Part shown: positions 36,067 through 48,614 of the stretch, piece by piece
Position numbering within the stretch: position 1 is the stretch's first letter
Layout of the letters: each line of letters begins with the position of its first letter
From: Octopus sinensis
Taxonomy: Eukaryota
DNA length: 64,000 bases
Assembly: GCF_006345805.1 (NCBI RefSeq)
Contig: NC_042997.1
Coordinates: forward strand, 79,050,001-79,114,000
Direction of reading: 5' to 3'
Translations under genes and position numbers: made by a program
Notes under the pieces: model-generated
What the model was told of the DNA's origin: nothing
Databases searched by the model: none
Seen by the model: the letters and a program-made list of their open reading frames with translations, nothing else

Positions 36067-37974
36067 CTATATATGGCATAACTAGGGTTATGTAAACTTC
36101 ACATAGTTTATTATGCAAATTTTCTATCTTATATATTAAATTCTATTTCTCCTGTTTTTATTCTAAGAGTTGCGTTGTTTCAGTAAGAAAATATATAATA
36201 TAAATAGTGGATGGTTCACCTAGTCATCCGCTGCAGCCATAGGGCTAATAATTGCAGGATATGTCCGAAATAATACTTCTATACATCACATGCTCTAACA
36301 TATATGACTTAAATTTTACATTTCTACCAAATCATTTACATATTTTGAGTTGATTCTTCAGATAAATTATGTGTGTGTGTGTAAAAAATGTATAAACGTA
36401 TATTTATATGATATATATTATATATATTCATGTGTATGTATGTGTTAGGATGTTTCTGTATATGCATTGATATATGCGTGAGTGTCCCTATATGGTATAT
36501 ACACGGATATGCTAATCTCGATCCTAACTTGGAGCTATTATTTAAATACCTTGATGCAAATGATTCCTTCAAATAATTATATATATATATTCATTTATTG
36601 TAAACTTTCAATTAATAATGTGATTCAAGATTGCCTGGAAAACAAAATAAATTCTGTTGCTAGCATTTCCACCTTAAATTTGGTTTTCCGTATTGTGTAT
36701 GTATGACCAGTTAGTTAATGTTTTCTGTTCATCTAATATATTCGATGCTTCAAATTATTACGCAATAAAATAAAACTTCTTTGCTTATTTATTGTTTTTG
36801 CTTATTAGTAATCAAAGTATAGCGATGGATTGACGGAATTATTAGAATGTCTGCAATATTCAGTTACAGCTATTAGGTTCGGAGCTCAAGTCCGGCCATA
36901 TTCAACTTTCTTTTTCGTTTTTCTTTCCAAGCTCTATAAAATATAGACGGTGGGGTAAAATGTGTAACTTCTGATTTCTTGTTATTTTCTCCCGAAATTT
37001 TTTCTCTGTTGGATTCCAAGTCAATTCCCCCTCACACACACACACACACACGCACTTATGTCTAATTTGATCATTTTCACTTTTCAAAAGAAAAAAAATG
37101 TTAAGTGTTCAAAGTGGGGCAAAATGAGTAATGACTAATTTCAATTATTTCTTTTTCGCTGCATGTTGCGTGAATATATTATGAAGAGAACCATTCCAGC
37201 ATATCGTGAACAAGATATAGAAAGTATTCTGTTGAGTTTTTAGATTTAGTCGAGTTTCGCTAATTTCATATGTGCCATTTTTCCATGATCCTCTGAGATT
37301 TGACATAGATATTTTAAACTTTTGTCGCATTTCTGATCTTCCTGACGTCTAAGGTTGGATATTGATATGTATGAGTCTTTTTTTCAAATTTAAGTCTGGA
37401 GGATTGAAGAGTAAAATTAACTTTATTTTGACTTACTCATTTTGCCCCAGTTAAATTTCTGTTTTGTATGCTCAAAGAGAACGGAGATAATTTACTGAAA
37501 TAGTGTTCTGAAAATGTTATATAGTGTTTTTTTTTTTTAATGCGTTTAAATAGGGTCATATGCTTAGATGATATTTTTAAAATATAAGGTTAAACATTGT
37601 TAAAAATTTTTTTTTTTTTTCAAAGTCAAAAATGTAATAAATATTCTTCATTGTCTCCCACCTCCTATCAGCCATGATACCTGGTTCGATCTAATATTTC
37701 GATAAAGGGCGTTTGTTCATCTTTATCTCGTGGGGTTGAGCTAAGAAGTAGGATGATGGGGCATGACATCTAGGATGTATCAATTCAATCGCTATAAATT
37801 GAGATCTTTAATGTAGTTGTAATAGAAGACTGACATAACTCTTCTGTACACGTAAACGTAAACCCGGATACACGAACCAATGAAATAGCATCTCCGTGGT
37901 CGCTCGACCTGCTAGAAATAACAGCCAAATTTCCATTGAATCATACTATCATTAAAAGAAAAATCTAAAATCAT

Positions 37975-38296
37975 CTTTTTTTGGATAATGTAAACTTAGA
38001 TCAAACAAACAATATGGTCTTGGCGGGAATGCATTTTGATCGTATCCTCGAACTAGGAGTGAAAAAAATCGTAAAAAATAGGGATTTTCATAGAAAAAAA
38101 GCACTTTTTTGATGTAAATAATTTTTGGCGTTAACATGGTCCGATTTGAATTTTTCTTCTACGAAAGAAAGAGCAAGCCTTCTTCTATCATACTCTCAAT
38201 CTTGGTCAACTTGCGCCGCAGGGTCTCGGAGGAGATAGTGTTAGTTGAAGGCTACCAAACCTGCCATACACAGACAACTTCAGCTTTATAGAGAGA
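37975..38296 (-). mobile_element. Truncated Helitron-like fragment (5' end only)
   Basis: Ends acagacaacttcagctttatagagaga|t like the other Helitron 5' termini; no CTAG/hairpin end seen. Confidence 0.4.
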
Positions 38297-38298
38297 TT

Positions 38299-38900
38299 AA
38301 GGTGGCAGCTGGCAGAATCTTTAGCACGCCGGGCAAAATGCTTCGCGGTATTTCGTCTGCCGCTACGTTCCGAGTTCAAATTCCGCCGAGGTCGACTTTG
38401 CCTTTCATCTTTTCGGGGTCAATTAAATAAGTACCAGTTACGCACTGGGGCCGATATAATCGACTTAACGGATTTGTCTGTCCTTTCTGTGTTTAGCCCC
38501 TTTTGGGTTGTAAAGAAATAGGTATTTCGTCTGTCGCTACGTTCTGAATCCAAATTCCGTTGAGGTCGACTTTGTCCTTCATCCTTTCGGAGTCAATAAA
38601 TTAAGTACCAATGAAACACTGGGTTGATTAGTCCCCTCCCCCAAAATTTCAGGCCTTGTGCCTATAGTAGAAAGGTTTATAAAGGCGGCGAGCTGGCAGA
38701 ATCGTTAGCACGCAGTATTTCGTCTGCCGCTACATTCTGAGTTCAAATTCCGTCGGGGGAGCGGAAGTCTTGCCTCGACGACTTTGCTTTTCATCCTTTC
38801 GAGGTCGATAAATAAGTACCAGTGAAATACCGAGGGTCGATGTAATCGACTCATTCCTTCCTCCAAAGTGGCTGCCCTTATGGTAAAATTTGAAACCATT
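38299..38900 (+). mobile_element. Tandem tRNA-derived SINEs (same family as 32153-32552)
   Basis: Two heads (38299, ~38682) with A/B boxes and duplicated bodies. Confidence 0.85.
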
Positions 38901-39202
38901 ATTATTTTTAAGACGAGTTGGTAAAAGTGAAAGCTACTTGGTAAAATTTAAAAAAAAACAATATACGTTGTGTTATTTTGTTAATTTATGAGTTAACTTT
39001 CACAGTAAATTTTTTATATTCAACATATTAATATTTTTCTCTCGCATGGAAACTTACGGCATGAAAGAACTTTTGTCAGTGTTCTTAGCGTTTCTGCTAG
39101 CATGTAAGATAATCGAGGTTTGTCTGGGCTTTGTTTACAATATAAAGCCCAGCTTTTATTACATTATTTATAGTTAACAACAAACTTAGTACATCCTGAA
39201 AC

Positions 39203-39591
39203 CAGGGCCAGATTAAGACCCATCGAGGCCCTAATCACATAAAAGATTTGCTGCCCCCATAAAAGATTATCTAATTCAAAATATAAACAATAACAAACCA
39301 TAAAATATATTTTTATTTTTCAAAACAAAACAATAAGTGGGGAAAATAATGTTTGTTTTTGTATACTTTCACTTTATTTATATTTGAAAAGTTGCCTCCT
39401 ACTTTTTTAAATTGCAAAGTCTTTAGATGTCACATCTGCATCTATATAAGTAGATAAAGGCATCCCGAATAATATTTTAGCAAGTTTAAAGTGATTTCTT
39501 TTGTAAACCATTTACCATTTCTGTGGTGCTCCAGTCTTCCCTTGATGCCCTAAGCACATGCTTATTTTGTTTAATGGTTAATCCAGCGCTG
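39203..39591. mobile_element. hAT-type MITE
   Basis: TIRs cagggccagattaa / ttaatccagcgctg; 8-bp TSD cctgaaac / cctgaacc. Confidence 0.8.
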
Positions 39592-39841
39592 CCTGAACCC
39601 CTATACTGTTTTTCGGTTCTTCATGTCATGTAATATTATTCAACAATTTAACTAAAATAACACGAAGTTCTGTACCTAGACACAAATATTTTAATTTTAT
39701 TTCCAGTTTTCTTGCTCATTTTCTGATATCTTTTTATTTTGCACTGTAACATAAGATACCAAATCAGGATAATAGAAAACAATGCAAACCTGAACATCAT
39801 AAAATTTTCTAAAAAAATTTCAACTTATATATATATATATA

Positions 39842-40348
39842 GTAGCAGTATCGCCCGGCGTTGCTCGGGTTTGTAAGGGAAATAACTATATAAGCATTTT
39901 TAGAGAGTTACTTCCCTTATAAATTCGGGCTTTCTTAGCCATTTTTGCTTTTGGTGTCTTCAAGCCATGAAGTCGTTGTTCTAAAAGAACGCTGGTTTCC
40001 TTCACAACGCATTACGACGTTGATTTCTTTACACTCCCTTCCCCACAGCTTCACGAGGGAGGGAAGGGGGAGAAGCAAACAGGTGCAGCTGTGAGCGTGG
40101 ACGCCAACTCCGCCGCCATCGACATACGATGCATTTTATGCATTAAAATGGAATAAAAAATTATGTTAAATTATTTTTAAAATCGTAGACTCATCGTTGA
40201 CGCGTGCTAATAGTCAGACGGGCTCGATATGAATCACGACTATAAGATACCCGAATTTGGTTAAACTGCACCGCAAAATGTGGGAGGAGTTAGGAATCTA
40301 AATCGAAGGGGACAGACACTCACACAACTAGAGTTTTATATATATAGA
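39842..40348 (-). mobile_element. Non-autonomous Helitron
   Basis: Minus strand A|TCTATATATA...acccgagcaacgccgggcgatactgCTAC|T (CTAG variant). Confidence 0.8.
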
Positions 40349-40561
40349 TATATATATATACGTTTTTTAAGTTTACAATAATTGTATAAAATACATATTT
40401 CACAAGAGTAGCAGCGTTTGATTCAATATCGAAAGTGAATCCACCAGATTCTTTGAGTCACGTGCAATATTTCGTCAGCCATACAAGAATAATCTGGAAT
40501 CGTTTATTATATATTGGACTCCTTTGAGAAATATATTTTGTACTTAAAAAATTATTAAATA

Positions 40562-41096
40562 TCTCTATATATAAAACTGTAGTTGTGTGAGTGTCTGTCC
40601 CCTTCGATTTAGATTCCTAACTCCTCCCACATTTTGCGGTGCAGTTTAACCAAATTCGGGTATCTTATAGTCGTGATTAATATCGAGCCCGTCTGGCTAT
40701 TAGAGCGCGTCTACGATGAGTCTACGATTTTAAAAATAATTTAACATCATTTTTTATTCCATTTTAATGCATAATTTTTCGTGTGTCGATGGCGGCGGAG
40801 TTGGCGTCCACGCTCAAACACCTGCACCTGTGTTTGCTTCCCCCCTTCTTCCCTCCCTCGTGAATCTGTGGGGAAGGGAGTGTAAGGAAATCAAAGTCGT
40901 AATGCGTTGTCGAGGAGACCAGCGTTCTTTTAGAACAACGACTTCATGGCTTGAAGACACTGAGTCAACGATTTAAAAAAAATTATCATCATTTTTTATT
41001 CCATTTTTAATGCATTTTTTTTTGCTATAACTCTCTAAAAATGCTTATATAGTTATTTCCCTTACAAACCCGAGCAACGCCGGGCGATACTGCCAG
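40562..41096 (+). mobile_element. Non-autonomous Helitron, same family, inverted relative to 39842-40348
   Basis: A|TCTCTATATATAAAA...acccgagcaacgccgggcgatactgCCAG|T. Confidence 0.8.
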
Positions 41097-41329
41097 TATT
41101 TAATATATTTAATCAATGTATTATATTTTATTATTCTGGTTCTTCGTTGTAATTTCTTTAGAATTTACAGTTGTAATATATGTTTATGTGATCACTGGAA
41201 CAAACCTGCTACATTTTTTTTTTTGTAGAGAAAATATTAACTACACATCAACATTTAAAGTTTTTTTTTTTAATCGTCAAAACTATTTCCAATATTCTTT
41301 TTTCACGAGCCCTAGGATTCAGCAGACCG

Positions 41330-41545
41330 GCTAGTCGGTTGAGATCGTGATATTCCTCTGAATGGGTCGCAGGTCTGTTGCATGCTAGACATTTTGAGGG
41401 TAGGGGACAAATCGACCACATCGATTCCAGTATTTGACTGATACTTGGTTTTATTGACCCCTGAGGGATGGAAAGCTAAGTTGACCTCGGCGAGATTTGA
41501 GCTGGAAGAAATGCCGCTTAACATTTTGTCTGACGTGCTGACGAT
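41330..41545 (-). mobile_element. Decayed tRNA-derived SINE
   Basis: Minus-strand head aaggcggcgagaatcg; body like 32153-32552. Confidence 0.65.
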
Positions 41546-42199
41546 TCTCGCCGCCTTAGTTGCAATATATTAGTCATTATAAACTCCCTTAATACTCACA
41601 GAAATGATGTTCTTATTTCTGCCTATCAGCTACTCCTGTTTTTTAAAACTTTTTTATTCCTGCACTCAATTTTCCTTTTCAGTCAAAATCTTCTGCGTCT
41701 TTTCTTCATTTCCCGACATCCTTAAATATCATGCACAAATCCTTCTCTCTCTCTCTCTCTCTCTGCCTTGATCGCTCACTATATTTTCGTCATTCTGTCA
41801 CTCTCTACACTCCTACTATATTATCTTTCCATCATTGTAGAGCTTCATCCCCCTTTTTGTTTTCTATCACATCTCAGACCATATCTTTTTCTCTCATTTT
41901 ACCCCCTCATCCCTCCCTCAATTTCATTATCTGGTTGCATGATTGCCTCTCACACAAGCTGCTGACCGTTAATTATTTTCTCTTCTATCTTTCTCTCTTT
42001 ACAATATTTTTTTCTCTCACTGTCACTAAGTATTCTCTTTTGACTAAACACATCAAGTAAAAATAAGTTATTTGTTAACCAGTTAGCTATTCTAAACAAA
42101 TGTGTCTCAGATCCCAGTGTTTGCAACTCTTTGTATCTCTTTATTTTATAAAATTATGTTCAAGTTACATTATATAATGTTCAGCATTATAAATACAAC

Positions 42200-42410
42200 A
42201 AATGCAGTACGGAATTTTGCCAGTGGACAGGTCGCGGTCTCAAAGCAACGAAAATATTTTGACAAATTAAATTTAAATGTTGAAGTGAATCTAACGGACT
42301 TTGTGTGTTTCTCAAATGGCTTATAAACACCTTCCACGCTGCAGTTGTTCTTGTTCCAGCACACGATCTCAGATCAGGTCACTTGCTATGCAGGTACATC
42401 TCCGTAATTA
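42200..42410. repeat. Unclassified dispersed repeat (family of 2653-3010)
   Basis: Reverse complement of 2653-2850. Confidence 0.75.
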
Positions 42411-42613
42411 TAAATACATTACTGCTTAAAAGAATGACAGATTTGTTAATGAGTAGACTAATTCTCAAATAATCATATTTCACTTATATCTCTTTCTGTA
42501 ATTTTTATATTCTAATATAAAATATTACAGATTTCTATTGTAATGAAGTTTTCTGAAAAAACTAAAAATGAATATTCAAAATTAACTATTTTGACAATAT
42601 TTTGTTTTTTCAG

Positions 42614-45050
42614 TTATCCTTGTGAACATGAAATGCAACTAAAGGGAGAAACAACTTCTACCTCAGACAATTTATTTCATGAAGATGTCAACTCAGTGAA
42701 TCATATCTGTAAAGAAAACAATGTAATTGAAGATGTTGATAATACTCTTATCACTGGGGTATCTTTGGAGTCTGACTCAAATGGCTTTGCCCCACAAGAT
42801 GGAATTATTATAGATTTAAAAGATAAAACTAATAGTCCACAAGTGGAACCTGGTGGCGTAGATATACTCGCTATTGAAAACTTCGATAGTATGCTAACTG
42901 CTGAGAAAACTAAGGCAATGGACATATATTATGAAGAAGAAAACCTGAATTATTGTGTTGATAGTGATGTTCCTCTGCTCAGTTCATCAGTTGAAAGTGA
43001 TATGTCTGTAGAGGTCTTAAATCCTTTAGATATTTGTAATGTCTATTCTGAGAGAAATCAATCAGACAGTGATGTTTCACTTTTAAGTATGTCTGGGGAT
43101 GAAGTTAGTAATGGTGAGCCTGAAGAATATAATAATTATGAGCTTGCGCATACCACTGCTTCAGATCATTGTAACATCTTACCAAATGTTACAGAAAATA
43201 AAAGTGACAACTACATCACTCCTTTGAATTTAAACAATCCATCCACAGATACGTTTCTCTCTTATGAAAATAAACTCAATGATTCTAAAGAATTATTTAT
43301 AATACCTGAAGCAAAACAACTGCAAGAAGCATTTATGGATCAAACAGAATCAATTAATTCTAGGGTCAAATATTATACAAAATTTATTGATAATCCTGAA
43401 TTAGCATCAAGTCAATCAACTAATGAAATAAAAAACTTTACAGAGAAAACGTTTTTACATCAAAATGGTGATGCACCTGGTGGTGAGATTATAAATCAAT
43501 GTGACCAGAAGATGGCAGAACTAAGTATGATGAATAATTCTTTGTTAACACATTCCACAAGTAATAACATCAATGATACTGCAACAACTTGGCACTTTTA
43601 TGATAAGGATTCCTCTCTGGTTGAATGTAGTCAAGATTGTTCGTTAATGAAAAACTTTGACCCCCATTCTCCATCAGTTATGGACAGTAACACCCCTGAA
43701 ATCTCTGCAGAATTCTCACAGACATGTTTGGAAGCCTCTCAACTGAATGGTAATGAGAAGCAACAATATGGAGAGGCCATTCAGGAAGTGGTTGCTTTGG
43801 AAAAGCAAGATAGTTGTGATAGCACTTTGCCACTTATTGATTCTGAAATAATTTCAATTGATTCTCTTTATTCTAAAAATTTCAGCAACAGTAACATATC
43901 AGAGATTGAACCTACTTTCAGCAAAGAAAAAAATGGTCCTTTGCTTCATTTTCTTGGAAGCTCAAACTTAATTTCCACTTCTCACTGTTCAAGCCAAGAG
44001 CATGTGAACTTGTCCGATGCATGCATTCATATGCTAAATAACTTAAACAACAGTTATTCTAATATATCATTAATGCATATATCTTCTTTGAAGAATATTC
44101 AAGAAACTTACGAGGACAATATTTCTGTCATATCTTCTGAAACAGTAAAAACTACAAATCACTGGAAGAATTTAATTGCATACAGTATTGGATTCATGGT
44201 CATGTACATGGCATTTGGATCATTGCGTCATTTGCAGAGCAGTATTAACAACAGTAATGGTGTTGGACTTATCACATTGTCTTGTCTTTTTGCGTTTTTT
44301 GTTATAGGATCTTTATTTGCATCTTATGTTGTTAAAGAACTTGAACCTCGCCGAGCCACCCTTGTAACTGTTCTATTTCATATCCTATATGTAATTAGCA
44401 ATTGTTACCCCAGTATCTATATTCTTATGCCAGCATCAGCAATGCTTGGATTTTGGAATGCTGTATCTTGGGGTGCTCAAGGAATATATATTCAACGGCT
44501 TGCCTGTGATTATGCCATTAAGAAAGGAAAAAAGACTGAACATATTTGTAGTAAATTTCATGGTGTGTTTTATTTGATATTGTTTTTCTCAGAAGTATTT
44601 GGGAATTTAATTTCATCTTTAATACTAAGCAGCAGTGAAACTGGTTCTTCATTTAATGAACAGAATCAGACAGACTTCTATTATAAAAATTCTACTCTAG
44701 AAGCAATTACCAATATCACTCATAAGAATCAGCAATGTGGTATAAACTACAACCATTTAAAACATGAGGATGAGAAAAGTATACCAATATCACAAAATAT
44801 TATTTTTTTGTTGACTGCTATCTTTACTGGTTTAGATATATTAGCCTTTGCTATTATTTTCTTTTTTGTGGATCCTCTCACTTCTAATTACAGAAACAGT
44901 TTACCTCAAACAGCCAGAAACTGTGAAAAGTTGTGGAGAGACATAAAATCTGTTCTAATTTTCACGAAAGACTGGCGTTTTGTATTATTAATTCCAATAT
45001 ATTTATTTAGTGCCATGCATTTGGCTTACATCAGTGCAGAAATAACGAAG
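42614..45050 (+). CDS. unc-93: UNC-93-family MFS membrane protein, large exon (acidic N-terminal extension plus N-terminal TM helices)
   Basis: Long open frame; KNLIAYSIGFMVMYMAFGSLRHLQSSIN..GVG..LS, LGFWNAVSWGAQGIY, FHGVFY..EVFGNLISSLIL, D.RFVLLIPI...AEITK match UNC-93/UNC93A; acceptor ttttttcag|42614, donor AAG|GTAGGT at 45051. Confidence 0.9.
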
Positions 45051-45714
45051 GTAGGTAATATGATTATTAACTGATAAAATTTCAAAACACCTATTACTTT
45101 ACCCAAAAGTCTTCTATATCTCCCACCCACTTCCTATTTTCCTTTCAGTCTTCAAAATGATTTGAACTTTCTTTGCAAGTATTGTTATTTTAATGTTTCT
45201 TATTTTTATATTGTGCATATAATATTAAATCCTGTTATTCAGATATTTATTTGATGGAATTTATGAGAAACTGAAAAGTTGACTTTTAACCTGATCATCT
45301 GCATTTAGCGCTTAAAGCCTTGTTGTTTTTAATACATGGCCATTGTTTTATTATAAGATATTTGTGAACCAGAGGATATTGGTGTCAATGAGTTTAAATA
45401 AGAGAGATTATTTTCAACTTGCAATCAAACATACTGCAATCCTTTGGCTATACAACTAGTTTGTATTAACTGATGAAAAAAAAAGTTAAAGTATGAAAGT
45501 AATATTCAGTTTGACTTAACTTTAAGCTATAGCTATTTTCCTATTGTAAATCAAAGTTTAGAGTCAAATGAACTGTTTAGTGAGCATTTTGTTAAGAATA
45601 GCTGTTTCTCTCCTTGAAATATATTTATTTTTTGCCTGCAAAAATTTTAATTTAACATAAGGATGCTGCTTTTATTATAAAGTAGTTTCATTTTCATTAC
45701 AATATTTTTTACAG

Positions 45715-45850
45715 GCATTTGCAACATGCATGCTTGGTGTTCATATGGTCGGGTACTTGATGATTTGTTATGGAATATCAGATGCTCTCAGTTCTTATAT
45801 ATCTGGTTGGCTGAATCAAATTACTGGTAGAATTTTACTAATAACCATAG
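45715..45850 (+). CDS. unc-93: UNC-93-like protein, next exon
   Basis: ttttttacag|AFATCMLGVHMVGYLMICYGISDALSSYISGWLNQITGRILLITI-G|gtatgt; phase-0 start matches the previous exon and the family motif AYVSC.LG...IG..MIC.G. Confidence 0.9.
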
Positions 45851-47997
45851 GTATGTTTCAATTTTTAACTCTATAACCTTTTCTTGTTGATTTCTTTTGC
45901 CTTTATTGAAATTTTTGATTATTTTTTAACTGACTGCATAGAATTATTTTGCTATTTATAAGTATTAGATGTATGTTGTTAATTTCAGCTTTGCCCATTT
46001 TAAGTACACAGATATCATTATTAACATAATGGAAATTAAAGGAATAAATTAGTATACTAAATTAGATTAAAACAAAATTCTAATTTATTTTCATTATATG
46101 TTTTAGGTAGATTTACTTTATATTTTAGAAGACAATATCTTACTTTGGATATAACCTCTAAATCCAATGATATGTGCATATCTCAATAATATCTATTTGT
46201 AAATAGCAGAGACTACAACTAAGCTATACTAAGCATGTTCATAAGTATTCTAAGTTAATTTAATAATTTTATAAAGTACTAAAATTCATTGAGCTGACAG
46301 AAGATCTCAGCTTTATTTTCCATAGCACTAATTCATCTGTGAAAGACAAATTAGCTCCAGTGTAGGATGCTAGTCTGTTGCATATGACTTTCTTTGTAAA
46401 TGAGATATTATAGAATTAGATACACTATGCATAAATAAACTGAACCATCTTGCACACAGGGATATTTATTCAGCAAAATGCAGCTTAACAGAAGCTCTAA
46501 TTGAAGAATTTTTTTGAAAGCATATATCCACCCTGATTAAATTTTGAATATTTTGCCTCTGGAATGGAAACTTTCTTAAGTTTATAAGAAATTAGCAGTG
46601 TTTACAGTTTCAGAGTACTGAAAAACTAACATGTGTCATTGCCTCCACTCAGTTGTTCCTAGTGACCCAGTTTCATTGATTAGACACATAAATTCACTTA
46701 GTTATGAAATAAAGTCAAGATATTTATCAGTGATTCCATTCTTCTAAAAGAAGAAATAATATCATTTCTCATTTGTTGGTCTTTTAAGGTAGAAATATGC
46801 TCTCAGCTTCAGAAATACTGAGCAGTGATTTTCTCTGAATAGCTTTTATAGTCCCTTAAATAAGTATTAGTACTTACTGGTGTGGCAAAGTTGCTATTGA
46901 CATCTTTTCATTTTCCTAATTAGTTTGTTGTATTTATTAAATGAAATGTTCTAATTTGATGCATTGTATTTTAAGAAGAGGTAAGTACTGGAAACATGGG
47001 TTTCAATACTACGTCCTGTAGTTTTTAGTTGGCACCATTCAAAAAGGTTCAAAGAAAATCCATCCTACTTCTGCTTTCAGTATAATAAAAGAATTGAAAG
47101 AAGTCTGTAGAACAGAAACAGCAGAAAAGATGTAATTCTGGTGATGAGGTTTGTGCCAGAGAGACCATTTGTCTGAGTCAAGTAAAAGTGCCAGTGTCCA
47201 AATAGGGAGGTCAGTTCATGGGCTGATAGCAATAAGAAAGAAGTGGGCAGATCATCAAGGCTGTAGACTACTGGAACAAAGTTCATCTGTATTATGAATT
47301 TCAGGAAGATCCTCCTTTCTGTAGCATTTTCATCAAATGAGCAATCTGATATTAAAATGTTCTGAATCTAACGGTACGTATACCAGTTTTTGTCCGCAAT
47401 ACAAGGTTACACAAAGGGTAGGACATGTTTTACTCTATTTCTTTTGCATATGAATGTTTTTAAACCTGATATAATTCTGGGAAATTTAGGCAAGATGTAC
47501 TGGTTAAGCTTCAGCATGTTCTTATTAACTATCGTTATTCCCCAATTTTAAAATTTTGGTTCTTATCTGGCTTTATATCAGTAGTTTTTCTTTTCTTCTT
47601 GTCCCAATGTATTTGTAAACTATTATGAATTTTTTTTCTCCCTATGTAAAACCAAATCAATAAATCATTCATACTTGGTAAAAGATATAAAAAATAAAAC
47701 TCTTGATACAAATACAGAGAATAATGCATTTGTATTTATAAAGTACTGTGAGTAAAGACACTGGTAGGGCTACAGAAAGTTTTGTTTTGCACTCATACAT
47801 GTCCTCCAAGTGTTCAGAGATATTAGGAAAAATATATTTTGAAAAAGTACATGTGTAAGCGTTTTTATGCATTCATGGTGTTTTCCCAAATATATTTTTC
47901 ATATCATTAACATATGGAGATATAGGGTCTGGATAAGTGCAAAATACAAACACTTTGGTAGCTCACCTAGTATCTTTATTTGTATTGCTTTCTATAT

Positions 47998-48082
47998 ACA
48001 GATGTGTGTGTGTGTGTGCCTGCCTGTCTGTCTATGTGTATGTATATATATGTATGTATATATATATAAATATGTATGTGTA

Positions 48083-48160
<78 letters not shown>

Positions 48161-48190
48161 ATGTATGTGTGTTTGTGTATGCATACATAG
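47998..48190. repeat. (TG)n/(TA)n microsatellite
   Basis: Direct reading. Confidence 0.9.
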
Positions 48191-48199
48191 GTATATATA

Positions 48200-48614
48200 T
48201 GAGGTCTGATAAAAAAGTATCCTGTCTGTTGCTATGATAACAGAGCTAAAGTATGCAGAGTGTGGTCATCTTGAAAAGAAGATTAGATTTCAACTGTGCA
48301 GGATCTTGTGTCAAGGAAAATGAAAACTTTTTGAAAATGGCCATAAAAGGTGATGAATTATGGGTCTGTTGCTATGACCCTGAAACAAAAGCTTGATCTT
48401 TGCAGTGGAAAACCCCAACAAGATTTCAAGATGTCTAGAGAACCCAAGAGAATGTGACGAGATAGCTGCTCACTATCCCAAGAAAGAAATTTCAGGAATG
48501 CTTCTATCAACACTGGAATAAGGTGACTACTTGAAGGAGATTAAATACCAAATCGATATGTGTCATAGTTTACTTTTTACAGGACCAGTCCCAATACTTT
48601 TTGATCAGACCTCA
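48200..48614 (+). mobile_element. Internally deleted mariner-like element
   Basis: TIRs tgaggtctgataaaaaagtat / atactttttgatcagacctca, TA TSDs, remnant KGDELWVCCYDPETKA*SLQWK (mariner TGDE.W..YDPETK.QS..W). Confidence 0.85.

Noticed and set aside
42543-42613. ORF-track start of the 843-aa ORF
   Set aside because: Lies upstream of a clear polypyrimidine/CAG acceptor at 42613, so probably intronic; likewise 45051-45074 follows a donor.
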